Assembly: GCA_027028245.1 (NCBI GenBank)
Contig: JALVJO010000136.1
Span: forward strand, 1,362-65,361
Direction: 5' to 3'
Origin: Deltaproteobacteria bacterium
Lineage (GTDB): Bacteria > Desulfobacterota > Dissulfuribacteria > Dissulfuribacterales > QOAL01
DNA length: 64,000 nucleotides
Shown: positions 18,153 to 28,315 of the stretch, piece by piece
Position numbering within the stretch: position 1 is the first letter of the stretch
Layout of the letters: each line of letters begins with the position of its first letter
Program-made: the position numbers and the translations under genes
Notes under the pieces: generated by a model
What the model was told of the DNA's origin: nothing
What the model saw: the letters and a program-made list of their open reading frames with translations, nothing else
Database searches by the model: none

Positions 18153-19889
18153 TTGGTGTCACACACATTTTTACCATGCACCAGGGAAGAAATAGCAGCT
18201 CTTGGCTGGAAGTACGTGGACATTGTTCTGGTGACCGGGGATGCTTACATCGATCATCCGTCCTTTGGCACAGCCGTAATAGGTCGGTGGCTTGAGGCTC
18301 ACGGTTTCAAGGTGGCTGTTATTGCACAGCCCAGACATGACAGGCCGGACGATTTTGCCAGATTTGGCAGGCCCAGGCTCTTTTTCGGCATATCCTCCGG
18401 AAATCTCGATTCAATAGTTGCCAATTATACCGGAAATGCCAGGGTAAGAAAAAAAGACATGTACAGTCCCTTCGGAAATCCGTACCGTGGGGACAACAGG
18501 ACAAGAACTTCCAGGCGCAGGCCGGACAGGGCATGCATACGATACGCAAATCTTGCAAGGCAGGCCTGTCCCGGTGTGCCGATCATCCTGGGCGGCATCG
18601 AGGCATCACTCAGGAGATTCATCCATTACGACTACCAACTGGAAAGGTTGAGAAACTCGGTATTGGTGGATGCCAAGGCAGATCTCCTTGTCTTCGGAAT
18701 GGGGGAAAGGGCTGTGCTGGAGATTGCAAGGCGCCTCAGTGCAGGCCGTCAGCTCACAGACATACCAGGCACATGCCAGCGACTCACAGAAAAGGATTTC
18801 AGAGAGGTTCAAGGGAAAGGTCCCGTGGAAATCCTTCCGTCCTGGCATGAGATCCATGAAGAAATTGGAAAATTTCTGGATGCAGAGCTTGAAATCGATA
18901 AACAGAGCCGTTCGGCCAGGCCCAGGGTCCTGGTGCAAAGGCAGCACGGAGGCATGTATGTGCTGCAGAATCTACCTGCAGAGCCCCTGTCTTCAGAGGA
19001 GCTTGACAAGATTTATGAGCTTCCCTTTGAAAGGGCTCCTCATCCGGAATTTCCAGAGGTCCCAGCCTACAAGATGATAAGGCATTCCGTAACCGCGGTC
19101 CGGGGCTGCTGTGGCAACTGTTCTTTTTGTGCCATTACTCGGCACCAGGGGCCTGTGATAGTCTCCCGCAGTCATGAATCCGTTTTGAAAGAGATAAAAA
19201 ACATGGTGGCCATGTCCGATTTTAGGGGTACGGTCACGGATATTGGTGGGCCTACGGCCAACCTGTATGGTGTCAGATGCCGGAAGGCTTACAGGTGCAG
19301 CAAAAAGGACTGCCTCTTTCCAAAAGTTTGCCGTCACCTTGAAATAGATGAGACCTATTTTATTTCCATGCTGGAAAAGGCACAGAAAATTCAAGGTGTC
19401 AGGCACCTTTTTATCTCCTCCGGCCTCAGGATGGAGCTGCTTCTCAAGACGCCGGGTCTTCTAAAAAAGATCTTAAGGGACCATGTACCTGGTGTAATGA
19501 AGATAGCTCCGGAACACACCGAAGACGAAGTGCTTTACCTCATGCACAAACCTGGAAGGGAAATTCTGGAGAAATTTTTGAATACTGCAAGGCAGATGTC
19601 ACATGACATGAAGAAACGCCCGGGAATATCGGCCTACCTTATTACTTCCCATCCCGGCTGCCGTTTGAAGCACATGAAGGCGCTGAAAAGGCGGCTTCTG
19701 AGCTTGGATCTTCCCGTTCGTCAGTTCCAGGACTTCACCCCCACTCCGGGCACCATCTCCACTGCCATGTATGTCACATGCCTTGACCGTTACAAAAAAG
19801 GTCCAATATTTGTTGCAAAAAAGAGAAAGGAAAGGATGGCGCAGAGGAAGATCCTCGAAGATATCATGGGGAAATGGAAAAGATCTTAG
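18153..19889 (+). CDS. ygiQ: YgiQ-family radical SAM protein (UPF0313)
   Basis: VTGDAYIDHPSFGTAVIGRWLEAHGFKVAVIAQP N-terminal signature, and the CGNCSFCAI radical-SAM cluster motif. Confidence 0.9.
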   Translation: MVSHTFLPCTREEIAALGWKYVDIVLVTGDAYIDHPSFGTAVIGRWLEAHGFKVAVIAQPRHDRPDDFARFGRPRLFFGISSGNLDSIVANYTGNARVRKKDMYSPFGNPYRGDNRTRTSRRRPDRACIRYANLARQACPGVPIILGGIEASLRRFIHYDYQLERLRNSVLVDAKADLLVFGMGERAVLEIARRLSAGRQLTDIPGTCQRLTEKDFREVQGKGPVEILPSWHEIHEEIGKFLDAELEIDKQSRSARPRVLVQRQHGGMYVLQNLPAEPLSSEELDKIYELPFERAPHPEFPEVPAYKMIRHSVTAVRGCCGNCSFCAITRHQGPVIVSRSHESVLKEIKNMVAMSDFRGTVTDIGGPTANLYGVRCRKAYRCSKKDCLFPKVCRHLEIDETYFISMLEKAQKIQGVRHLFISSGLRMELLLKTPGLLKKILRDHVPGVMKIAPEHTEDEVLYLMHKPGREILEKFLNTARQMSHDMKKRPGISAYLITSHPGCRLKHMKALKRRLLSLDLPVRQFQDFTPTPGTISTAMYVTCLDRYKKGPIFVAKKRKERMAQRKILEDIMGKWKRS

Positions 19890-20899
19890 AAAAATCTCCT
19901 GGTGGCTCATGGGTTCTTATTGGAAACCTCAAGGTTGAACCGCCCCTTTTCCTGGCTCCAATGGCAGGACTGACCCATTCCGCCCTGAGAAGGGTTATAG
20001 CTGATTTCGGCGGAGTCGGGCTTTTCAGTACCGAGATGCTTTCAGCAAGGAGCCTGGCAGTTGAAAACCCGAAGCTGTCGCCATACCTCATTAAGACGCC
20101 TGAAGAAAGCCCCATGAGCTACCAGCTCCTTGCCGGTAGTCCCCGGGAGATTCCCCCGGCAGTGGAAAGGCTCGGAGAATTAGGGGCTGCGGCAGTGGAT
20201 CTGAACCTCGGGTGCGGCGCCCCCAGGGTAAAAAGGTCAGGAAGCGGCATCGCCCTCTGGAATGACGAGTGCCGACTGAAGGCAGTGGCTGCAGAAATCA
20301 GGAAACGAACCAGTCTGCCGTTTACTGCCAAGATCAGGCTTGGTCCAGGGCCTGATCCTGATGAACTGAGAAGAAGGGTCCTGATCCTGGAAGATCTTGG
20401 TGTGGATGCCCTTTATGTCCATGCCAGGTTTGACAGGGAACCCTTTTCAAGAAATCCCAAGTGGCAGTGGGTCGGTAAGATCAAGGAATGGGTCAATCTT
20501 CCAGTGATTGCAAACGGCGGAATATTTTCCCTTCAGGATGCTCAAAAGTGCCTTGAGCAGTCAGGGGCGGATGGTCTCATGGTGGGCAGGGCCGCTGCCA
20601 TGAAGCCCTGGATATTTTCCATTATTGCTTCGAAATTATATGGAACGGACTCTTGTTGCAGGCAGATCAATCTGCCTGAAATATACAGGGCCTTTTTTGA
20701 GGGGCTTGCATCAAGGTTCCCGGTGGATAGGCAGCTGGGAAGACTGAAGGAATTCACACATTATTTTGCAGGCAACTATCCCTTCGGCAACAGGCTTGCA
20801 ATGGCAGTTCAAAGGGCATCTTCCATGGATGAAGCCATGGAAGCGGCAGTCAAGTTTTTTGAACTAAATGCCGGCACCGAGAGGGAAAAGGCCAATTAG
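19874..20899 (+). CDS. tRNA-dihydrouridine synthase
   Basis: LFLAPMAGLTHSALRRV, DLNLGCGAP and KIRLG motifs of the Dus family. Overlaps the ygiQ end by 16 nt. Confidence 0.88.
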   Translation: MEKILEKSPGGSWVLIGNLKVEPPLFLAPMAGLTHSALRRVIADFGGVGLFSTEMLSARSLAVENPKLSPYLIKTPEESPMSYQLLAGSPREIPPAVERLGELGAAAVDLNLGCGAPRVKRSGSGIALWNDECRLKAVAAEIRKRTSLPFTAKIRLGPGPDPDELRRRVLILEDLGVDALYVHARFDREPFSRNPKWQWVGKIKEWVNLPVIANGGIFSLQDAQKCLEQSGADGLMVGRAAAMKPWIFSIIASKLYGTDSCCRQINLPEIYRAFFEGLASRFPVDRQLGRLKEFTHYFAGNYPFGNRLAMAVQRASSMDEAMEAAVKFFELNAGTEREKAN

Positions 20900-21170
20900 T
20901 GTAATGTTGGCAGAGGACTTGATGTTTACGGACAGGAGAGTCTGTCATGAATTCGAAAAAACACAAGAAGCTGTTGTCAGGTGGAGTGGTAGTAAGAATG
21001 AAGTGCCTTGCCTGATTGTTTGTGACTACTTCTGACCTCCTTAGAAGTGATCTGTTTCAATCATCCGGGAAAAATAATTGTCGTCAGGGAAAAATGACAA
21101 TTGTCACTGATCAGTCTTGATTTTGCAATACACGATCTATGTTGTATGAGCCCTGTTCAGTTCTGACTTT

Positions 21171-22784
21171 TTACGAGTTCATCAAGACTTCGCTGTCAGC
21201 ATATGAGAGGAGGTGTACGTTTTTAGGAGATTCAGGGGCCACATCCTGCGAGCTCAACTTTATAACTGCGAAGGAGCAAGATGGCAGCACAAAACCCAGG
21301 GAGTGCTGTTTGACAGTCACAGGCAGGGAAACTGACCTGACTGCATCAATACCAGCTACTGTTCCATTTTGTTCATAAACCAGGGCCTGTCTGACATTTA
21401 AGTGTTCCGTATGGTTTTTTAACTCCACAGCCATATTAACACTGTCTGCCTGGCTGGTATTTATAACCATTATAGCCATATCCCCGCGATAGTCAGTGCC
21501 TGGTGCTGCCTGGACACTGGAAAATGCTGTGACATGCACTATGGGAATACCCTTCATGGCGGGAACAGAGCCCAGGCCTGTAATATCATATGTAGGGGAA
21601 CTGACATCCACCTTCATGGTATGATTTGATGCAGCATCGGTAACAGCCTTCATGAATACGCCCGATGGCCTGATACGTCCTGTTGCGGCAGACTCGATCA
21701 TGCCGAATACATCATTCCCCAAAATAGACCAGTGATTTGCGAGTAAAACACCTTCCCTCACAAATGTCTGAAGCATTAAGGCTGTGAATAGACCTGATTC
21801 ATAGCCTGCAACCATTGGGTCAAGCGGAGCTTTATCTCCAAATCCGAGATTATATTCAGTAACTGCTATTCTTTTGCCTGCTGGAAACAGACTGCGCAGA
21901 TCCTTGATAGTGTCGGAAAAAAGCACAGGAAGGGCAAAAATAGCATTATGTATCTTTTGCCGGTGGGGTGACGTATCAAAAGGACCATAAAAATGACATG
22001 ATAGAAAATCAATTTCCTTTCCCGCAAGCTGTGCAAGTCTGCTGTTCCACTTAAGCAGGTCAGGCAGTACCGAGGAGGCCCAGGGTGCCTTCTGAAAACA
22101 TATTTCACAGCAGGCCCCAACGGAGATAGAGGCATCAACCGCTCGCATGGCATTACGCATGGCCCTGAATTTAGCCGCATACTTTTCCACGGTACAGTGA
22201 CCGGGCTCTGTGTGGGAATAGATCTCGTTTCCTATCTCAAAATACCTGACACCATAGGGAAGCTTATGCCCGTTTGCAGCCCTTAGCTGCCCCATCTCCG
22301 TCCGGTTGTTTCCATTTACATACTGTACCAGGCTTGCTGCATCATCAGGAGTTATGTTAAAATTCACTGTTAACACTGGTACAATATCTCGTTCCTCACA
22401 AAACCTCAGAAACTCATCAAGACCGAAGTATATCTTTTCGTGCTCACCTGCAAAAGTAATCCCCTCACCGCGTTTATCCATAGGACCTACAGAAGCCCTC
22501 CAGTCAAAAGTATCGGAAAGGGTCCCACCGGGATAGCGCAGAGCAGTAATCCCAAGATGGGATATCAGCGCCTTAATATCCTTTTTGATCGTGGATGAGG
22601 GAATATCATAAAGTCCGTCACCAGCATGTTCCCACTGAACATTACTGCCAAATATAAGATTCTCCACTGGAGGCCCCGGCATATCACAATGTACAGTAAC
22701 AACAGCGTTCAGGGAGGCCGCAGCAACTATACTCTCAGTTGACGGAACCAGTATCAGCAGCATTGCTGCCATGAACAATATCAT
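21171..22784 (-). CDS. Secreted clan GH-A glycoside hydrolase (GH51/GH39-like), likely EPS-processing
   Basis: LRYPGGTLSDTFDWRASVGP and YFEIGNEIY motifs. Start chosen at the Met that opens a signal-like segment (MILFMAAMLLILV). The longest ORF reaches 22880 and overlaps the upstream GT gene. Confidence 0.7.
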   Translation of the reverse strand: MILFMAAMLLILVPSTESIVAAASLNAVVTVHCDMPGPPVENLIFGSNVQWEHAGDGLYDIPSSTIKKDIKALISHLGITALRYPGGTLSDTFDWRASVGPMDKRGEGITFAGEHEKIYFGLDEFLRFCEERDIVPVLTVNFNITPDDAASLVQYVNGNNRTEMGQLRAANGHKLPYGVRYFEIGNEIYSHTEPGHCTVEKYAAKFRAMRNAMRAVDASISVGACCEICFQKAPWASSVLPDLLKWNSRLAQLAGKEIDFLSCHFYGPFDTSPHRQKIHNAIFALPVLFSDTIKDLRSLFPAGKRIAVTEYNLGFGDKAPLDPMVAGYESGLFTALMLQTFVREGVLLANHWSILGNDVFGMIESAATGRIRPSGVFMKAVTDAASNHTMKVDVSSPTYDITGLGSVPAMKGIPIVHVTAFSSVQAAPGTDYRGDMAIMVINTSQADSVNMAVELKNHTEHLNVRQALVYEQNGTVAGIDAVRSVSLPVTVKQHSLGFVLPSCSFAVIKLSSQDVAPESPKNVHLLSYADSEVLMNS

Positions 22785-23889
22785 GCTCGCCTGCAATCGT
22801 TCTGAGTAGTTCGATAAGTTTACCGCCAGTAACCTTTTTTGAATAAAACTTTTCAACCTTTTCGCGCCCCCTGGACCCAAATTCTTTTCTCAGACCCTGA
22901 TCCTCAATGAGTTTACCCAAACACTTCACCCACTCTGCAGGACCAGAAGCCAGAAAACCGTTTTTACCATGCTCAACAACCTGATTATTCATGCCTACAG
23001 GTGAGGCTACCACAGGGATACCCATTCCCATGTATTGAATAAGCTTAAAACCTCCCTTACCCAGATCATAACGACCACCAGATAGAGGCATTATGCCTAT
23101 ATCAAACGAGGCCAGGTCCGCCAAATCATTTGAAAGTTTCCATAGCCTGTAGTCCACGTTCACACCTGACGGCCTGATTTCGTAAATATCATCCCCGCCC
23201 ACGAGTCTCAGCACAAACTTGTGCGTGACGGCAATCTCTGAAAATACAGAAACCAGCTCTTTAAGGTAAATGGCATTGCCCCAGTTTCCTATCCAGCCCA
23301 CCACGGGGAAAGGATTGCCTGAACGGCATTCCGGCCTGTAAATATCGGTGTCAATGGATGTTGGAAAGAAGTAGCAATTACTGTTCCATGAAGATATCTT
23401 GTCCTGAAGATATGGACTCCCCACGGTAACAGCCATGGAAAGCCGCGCAGTTTTGGCAACACGGTCCGGGTCACGCAAAAAACGCCTCTGGTCAAGGCCT
23501 GCCGTGGGAACATGAAATATTGCATCATCTATGTCAAAAACGATTTTGCCGCCCATGCGTCTTAAAACAGACTCTAAAAAAGGGGGACCAATGGGAAATA
23601 TCTCCCTGTGAACAATTATCACATCACTGCCGGCTGCTCTTGCAAGGGCCGGCATCAAACGAATGGAAGATATAAATCCCAGGGTGATTTTCAGGCATGT
23701 CGCAATGGGACCACTTTTGCGTCTGACTTTATAGAAGAAACTGTCCAGGAAGGAATACCACTTAAGATCAATCCCGGCCTTTTGCATCATATCCTTATAC
23801 TGAAGTACACGGTACCTGAATGATGCCCCTTCAACCGGATAAGGACTAAAGGCAAAACAATTGATTTTGTTTGAATTTTTTAAACACAT
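22735..23889 (-). CDS. Glycosyltransferase family 4 (GT-B, group 1)
   Basis: C-terminal GMGIPVVASPVGMNNQVVEHGKNGFL motif (E-x7-E region). Confidence 0.85.
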   Translation of the reverse strand: MCLKNSNKINCFAFSPYPVEGASFRYRVLQYKDMMQKAGIDLKWYSFLDSFFYKVRRKSGPIATCLKITLGFISSIRLMPALARAAGSDVIIVHREIFPIGPPFLESVLRRMGGKIVFDIDDAIFHVPTAGLDQRRFLRDPDRVAKTARLSMAVTVGSPYLQDKISSWNSNCYFFPTSIDTDIYRPECRSGNPFPVVGWIGNWGNAIYLKELVSVFSEIAVTHKFVLRLVGGDDIYEIRPSGVNVDYRLWKLSNDLADLASFDIGIMPLSGGRYDLGKGGFKLIQYMGMGIPVVASPVGMNNQVVEHGKNGFLASGPAEWVKCLGKLIEDQGLRKEFGSRGREKVEKFYSKKVTGGKLIELLRTIAGEHDIVHGSNAADTGSVN

Positions 23890-23900
23890 ATATAAAAAGT

Positions 23901-24971
23901 TTATCGGTGATCGGGACCGATTAAACTGCTCACAGCCTGCATAACCCTGTCAACAGTAATTTCATCCATACAGACATTGTGATGGCAGTCTGCCCTGAAA
24001 CAGGGCGAACACGGTGCAGTTCCCTTGATAACTACAGAAGAGCTTCCAACCGGATACCATACACTGTTATTCTGCTGCCCTCCAAACAGCGCTACCAACG
24101 GGACACCAAGCGCATCAGCCATATGCATGGGGCCGCTGTCAACGCAAACGGCGATCAATGACCGCTGTATAAGCCATGCAGTATCAGCCAGCGAAAGCCT
24201 GCCTGCAAGGTTAAGCACATAACGGTCAGAGCCTTTTGCATTTAAAATCCTTAAACCCTCACGTCTGTCAGCCTCGTCCCCTACCAGAACTGTCTTCAAT
24301 CCATAATTATCTGAGAGGGCCCTTGCAAAACCAGCACCTCTTGCCGTGTTCCATTTTTTCGCGCCCTGCTTGCTTCCAAGGTGCAATACACAGAAGCCCG
24401 AATGGCCAATAAAAGAGCTCAATGCTTTAAAAACAGGTTTTGCCGGCCTGTCAGGAACAAAAACATCCTTGGCCGGAAGAACAGGGGCAACAATTCCGAG
24501 GCCAGCCAGCACCCTGGCTGTAAGGTCTACTATATTCAGGCTGTTCAATTCCTGACCGGACACAGACACCCCTCTATTCAACACATAGCGATTGGCACCT
24601 TCCGCAAATCCGCAACGAAGACGGGCATTTGCAAAGACCGTGAACAGGGCATTTCGTAGAAATACTCTTGAATTAGAGCAGACGGTATTAAATGTAGGTG
24701 TATGAAAATCGACTGACATTAACCATGATGTACGTGCAAGGTTCATGGCAAGGCCGAGTTTGCCGGTTGTTGAAGAAGGATACGAAATTATTTCATCAAC
24801 GATGGTGTCAGGCAGGACTCGGCAGAACGGTTCTCTTCCAAGCACGCTGATCCTGCAATCAGGGAACTCATCCCTGATGCACCGCATGGCAGGAGTACAG
24901 ACAATGGTATCTCCAATCCCTCCAAGCATGATAAACAGGATCCTGCCCCTTTTTTTATGTTGCCTTTCCAT
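23901..24971 (-). CDS. Glycosyltransferase family 9 (heptosyltransferase-like)
   Basis: ILFIMLGGIGDTIVCTPAMRCI and DSGPMHMADALGVPLVALFG motifs. Start chosen at MERQHKK. Confidence 0.85.
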   Translation of the reverse strand: MERQHKKRGRILFIMLGGIGDTIVCTPAMRCIRDEFPDCRISVLGREPFCRVLPDTIVDEIISYPSSTTGKLGLAMNLARTSWLMSVDFHTPTFNTVCSNSRVFLRNALFTVFANARLRCGFAEGANRYVLNRGVSVSGQELNSLNIVDLTARVLAGLGIVAPVLPAKDVFVPDRPAKPVFKALSSFIGHSGFCVLHLGSKQGAKKWNTARGAGFARALSDNYGLKTVLVGDEADRREGLRILNAKGSDRYVLNLAGRLSLADTAWLIQRSLIAVCVDSGPMHMADALGVPLVALFGGQQNNSVWYPVGSSSVVIKGTAPCSPCFRADCHHNVCMDEITVDRVMQAVSSLIGPDHR

Positions 24972-25596
24972 CTTTATCTCGAGAAATACGAATAGAGGAC
25001 TCAGGAGACTCAACCAGGGCGCCGGAAGGAACATCATCAAGCACTACGGCATTAGCTCCGATGATTGCATCATCCCCCACAGAGATGCCACCTGCCACAA
25101 CAGCACCTGCAAATACCTTGACTCCTTTTCCCATGACAGGGCTGCCACGCCCGCTGGCACCAATGGTAACATTCTGAAACAACCATGCGTTTTCACCAAT
25201 CTTGACATCTCTGCCAATACACAGGCCGCTGGCATGAAATATCTCAAGTCCACCCCCGATATCAGCGTGACATGATATATCTGCACCAGATAGCAGCCGG
25301 CCTAACATCTGAACCAATGCACCGCCTGCCCGCAATCCGCCAGAGACCATTGAAGAGGCCATCCTGTGAAAAAAGATTGCCTGAAGCCCGGCATCAAGTG
25401 CAAGACCTGCCATCAGGAGCCACGGGGATAAAGACTCCTTTGCGTGCCTCTTCATGAACGCATCTACGTCTTCCCTGAACCTGCCTCCGCGGCCTGTTAC
25501 AAGAACGGCCCATGTACATGCACAGAAAACCAGGTATGACAGGAGCAAAAGGCCCGGCAAGGCTAAAAAACACATTAAAACATTCATTTCATGCAC
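24955..25596 (-). CDS. Serine O-acetyltransferase-like hexapeptide-repeat acyltransferase
   Basis: Left-handed beta-helix hexapeptide repeats (IGENAWLFQNVTIG...GKGVKVFAGAVVAGGISVGDDAIIGANAVV), with an N-terminal membrane segment. Confidence 0.8.
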   Translation of the reverse strand: MHEMNVLMCFLALPGLLLLSYLVFCACTWAVLVTGRGGRFREDVDAFMKRHAKESLSPWLLMAGLALDAGLQAIFFHRMASSMVSGGLRAGGALVQMLGRLLSGADISCHADIGGGLEIFHASGLCIGRDVKIGENAWLFQNVTIGASGRGSPVMGKGVKVFAGAVVAGGISVGDDAIIGANAVVLDDVPSGALVESPESSIRISRDKDGKAT

Positions 25597-26995
25597 TCAC
25601 ACCGCGCCAATCCTTCAATGTCTTTAAAAAAAGCAAGGTAAAGGCTGGCAATGAGGCTGTCACAAGGGCTGCAAGGGTTATTACAGCCCCCCAATTCTTG
25701 TCATCAACAGCATAAGCAGTAATAAGAATCGGACATGACATTAAAAGCGCCTTTGGAAAAGAAGAAACCTCAATATCAGCCCCAGCCTGTCTTGTGAAAT
25801 AAAAGGAGGCCATGAAAACCATTGCCTGTAGAAAGACCGTTGCCCATGCTGCCCCTTCAGGCCCGAATTTCCCTATGGCAAACCAGTATAAAAAGATGGA
25901 ACCAACTGCCGTTGAGGCATGAATAAGCATCAGCCTTCTGTCCTGACCTGCTACTATCAGGGCCTGGCACAGTATGGCTGCCGGATAGAGAAATATCATT
26001 GACAGACATAAAATGCCCAGAAACCTGGCTGTAAGCCAGAATTCTGCACCGTATGTAAGCTCTACAACCGCGTTTCGAGCGCAGAACAACAGTACGGCGA
26101 AAGGAACGGCAAAACCAACGAGAATATCCATGGCCCTTTGTCCGCTGCCCCAGCCAGCCGGTTCCTTACTGCTCCTTCTGAGCATTTCCGGGTATATCAT
26201 TGCCGCTACTGCCATGGGCACAAACATTGAAACGTCCAGGAGCCTGTAAGCGGCATTATACAGTCCCAGGACCTCCTTACCCCTGAACACTTCAATAAGA
26301 AGGGTATCTATCTTATAATAAAATACTACAAACGCATTCATGACAGAAAAAAAAAGGCCCTCGGCGGCCATTTCCCTGACGACCCTAAAATCTAAGGCCA
26401 GCTTTACTGGAACAAAATAACTGCAAAGCCACAGCGCCATAAGTGATTCCACAATGAATAAAGCGCCATAACACATCAAGAAAAGGGGTACACTTGCTGT
26501 CCCGCAAAGCATCAGTCCCAAAACGCTGCAAAGAAAAAAGATGCCTGCAACTGCCCTGGTCATAGAAAATTTTTCAAGTACTCCATGAATCTGAAAAATA
26601 GTGCGCGTAAAACTGGTTATTTGCCAGAGCAGCAGTGCTATTGCAGTACAGGCAAGGTGTATCAAGCCCTCATATGAATGGTCAAACAACAAAAAGAGAG
26701 GAAAGGAAAAACACAAAACAACCAAACCGGCAATCACCTTGATGGCAAGTCCATTGCTGAAGGCTGTCTTCTCAGAGATTTTGCCCAGTGTGACCTGGCG
26801 GACCATTCCGGGTTCAAGCTTGAAGTCAGCGATTACATTCATGATTTCCACAAATGTCACCACAAGGATAAAAGTCCCGAATCCTGAGGCGCCCAGAAAA
26901 CGAGCTACCAGGATAATAGCTAGAAAACGGCAGGCTTTACCTGCAATTTCCCAGAAGGTCTGGCCGGCAAGGCTTTTAAAAAAAAGGCCGGACAT
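25589..26995 (-). CDS. wzx: Wzx-type polysaccharide flippase (MOP superfamily)
   Basis: 468 aa with about 12-14 TM helices and a typical polysaccharide-biosynthesis-protein layout, located inside the EPS locus. Confidence 0.82.
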   Translation of the reverse strand: MSGLFFKSLAGQTFWEIAGKACRFLAIILVARFLGASGFGTFILVVTFVEIMNVIADFKLEPGMVRQVTLGKISEKTAFSNGLAIKVIAGLVVLCFSFPLFLLFDHSYEGLIHLACTAIALLLWQITSFTRTIFQIHGVLEKFSMTRAVAGIFFLCSVLGLMLCGTASVPLFLMCYGALFIVESLMALWLCSYFVPVKLALDFRVVREMAAEGLFFSVMNAFVVFYYKIDTLLIEVFRGKEVLGLYNAAYRLLDVSMFVPMAVAAMIYPEMLRRSSKEPAGWGSGQRAMDILVGFAVPFAVLLFCARNAVVELTYGAEFWLTARFLGILCLSMIFLYPAAILCQALIVAGQDRRLMLIHASTAVGSIFLYWFAIGKFGPEGAAWATVFLQAMVFMASFYFTRQAGADIEVSSFPKALLMSCPILITAYAVDDKNWGAVITLAALVTASLPAFTLLFLKTLKDWRGVSA

Positions 26996-27400
26996 TATAT
27001 AAAATTAAAATGCATATATCTAAGATAGCCGCTTTCTATGCCAGTTACATTGGCCCCCATTGTTCGGGCCACATTCATAAACCCTCCTGTGTCGCAACCT
27101 ATGTCCAGAAGTTGCATCCCTGAAATAGTGCAACCCATGCTCCTGCTGATCCAGGACAGATAGCGCTTGAAAAGATATACGCTGGCATGGCTGTATCCCT
27201 CTGACAACCGTACAGGGTCCGTCACATCACGCTCTGCCCAGTAATGCAGTTTTCCGGCAGAACATGGGTTGGAAGCCTTGGATTGACAAATTTATGTCCA
27301 CAATATTGGCATTGAACAATCCATGTACTTTGTAATTATTCTGCCATGTTCAACAAAACCACACAGGTCACAGCATACTTGCACGGGACTTCCAACATCA
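26995..27400 (-). pseudogene. Degenerate SAM-dependent methyltransferase remnant (frameshifted, 3-prime truncated)
   Basis: A zinc-ribbon-like CCDLCGFVEH lies in one frame (within ORF 27292-27486). A second frame continues without a start codon through ...LLDIGCDTGGFMNVARTMGANVTGIE (SAM motif I) and then stops after ~10 more codons. The rest of the MTase fold is absent. Confidence 0.55.
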
Positions 27401-27430
27401 GAAATATGCCTTTGAGTGCAACAATCTTTT

Positions 27431-28315
27431 TTAGTCACCTTTCCGTCCAACGATATAGAATCCGCCTGCCAGCATATGTGCATCACTTCTTCTGTTCAGC
27501 CACAGATCAAGATACTTGAAGGGAAAAATGAGCCATCTCAAAACGAAACTGGTAAATTTCCTCACTGTTACGCGTTTATTCAAACCAAGAAAAAATATTA
27601 TATACATAACAAACTGCTGCAAAAGCGCACCAGTAGGTCCTTGGGTAACGCCTATTTCAACATGGTTAAACTCTCCCATGAGCCTTTTGAAACCATCTCT
27701 GGTAAACCTCCAGAAATCAGAAGGATATCCATGGTAAAACCACATAAACGGTACCTCTGCGTAGACCTGTCCCCCGGGCTTCAAAAGTCTGTAGATCTCA
27801 GATACCACCCTGTGAGGATCAAAAACGTGTTCCAACACGGCATTGCAAATGACTGTATCAAAGGATGCGTCAGGCAGGGGAACATCATGTGCATCAGCTA
27901 CGATATCAACATTTGGAAAAAGGCCGATATTCAGGGTTATCTCCTGTTCCCTGAATCGCATTGGCCCGCCACCCAGGTTCAGCACAAGCGCACCTGGCCC
28001 GTAGAACCTGTCCCCGCCAGGCCCGGAAAGATCAATTCCCGCATTAAAATGCACCTCTGGCGGTCGGAGCAGATTATAGAGCATGGAACTGCCACTGTTG
28101 TACTCGTCAACCATCTCTGCGCCCGTTTCCATGTTCAGAAGGTCGCTTACCTGCTTTCGAACATCAGGAAGCAACATGACAGGTACGTCATTGACCACCT
28201 CGAAATTCTCTCCGCAAACACTGCAAACAAGCCGGTCATCCTTACGATCCAGCCCTGTCTTGCAAAGTGGACAGCGAATGAGGGAAAGAATGCGGGCTGT
28301 CTTTTCATGCTGCAT
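27431..28315 (-). CDS. Class I SAM-dependent methyltransferase with N-terminal Trm112-like zinc ribbon
   Basis: CPLCKTGL...CSVCGENF ribbon. VLNLGGGP motif I and LKPGGQVY post-I region. Start chosen at MQHEKT. Confidence 0.85.
   Translation of the reverse strand: MQHEKTARILSLIRCPLCKTGLDRKDDRLVCSVCGENFEVVNDVPVMLLPDVRKQVSDLLNMETGAEMVDEYNSGSSMLYNLLRPPEVHFNAGIDLSGPGGDRFYGPGALVLNLGGGPMRFREQEITLNIGLFPNVDIVADAHDVPLPDASFDTVICNAVLEHVFDPHRVVSEIYRLLKPGGQVYAEVPFMWFYHGYPSDFWRFTRDGFKRLMGEFNHVEIGVTQGPTGALLQQFVMYIIFFLGLNKRVTVRKFTSFVLRWLIFPFKYLDLWLNRRSDAHMLAGGFYIVGRKGD

Noticed and set aside
21067-21115. A cluster of small symmetric sequences between dus and the GH gene: the direct repeat GGGAAAAAT(A/G)..AATTGTC, and the perfect palindromes TGACAATTGTCA (21095-21106) and ACTGATCAGT (21106-21115).
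   Set aside because: The cluster lies between two convergent 3-prime ends, so an operator role is unlikely. The palindromes have no loop or T-tract, so they are not convincing terminators. Noted as unexplained but of low priority.
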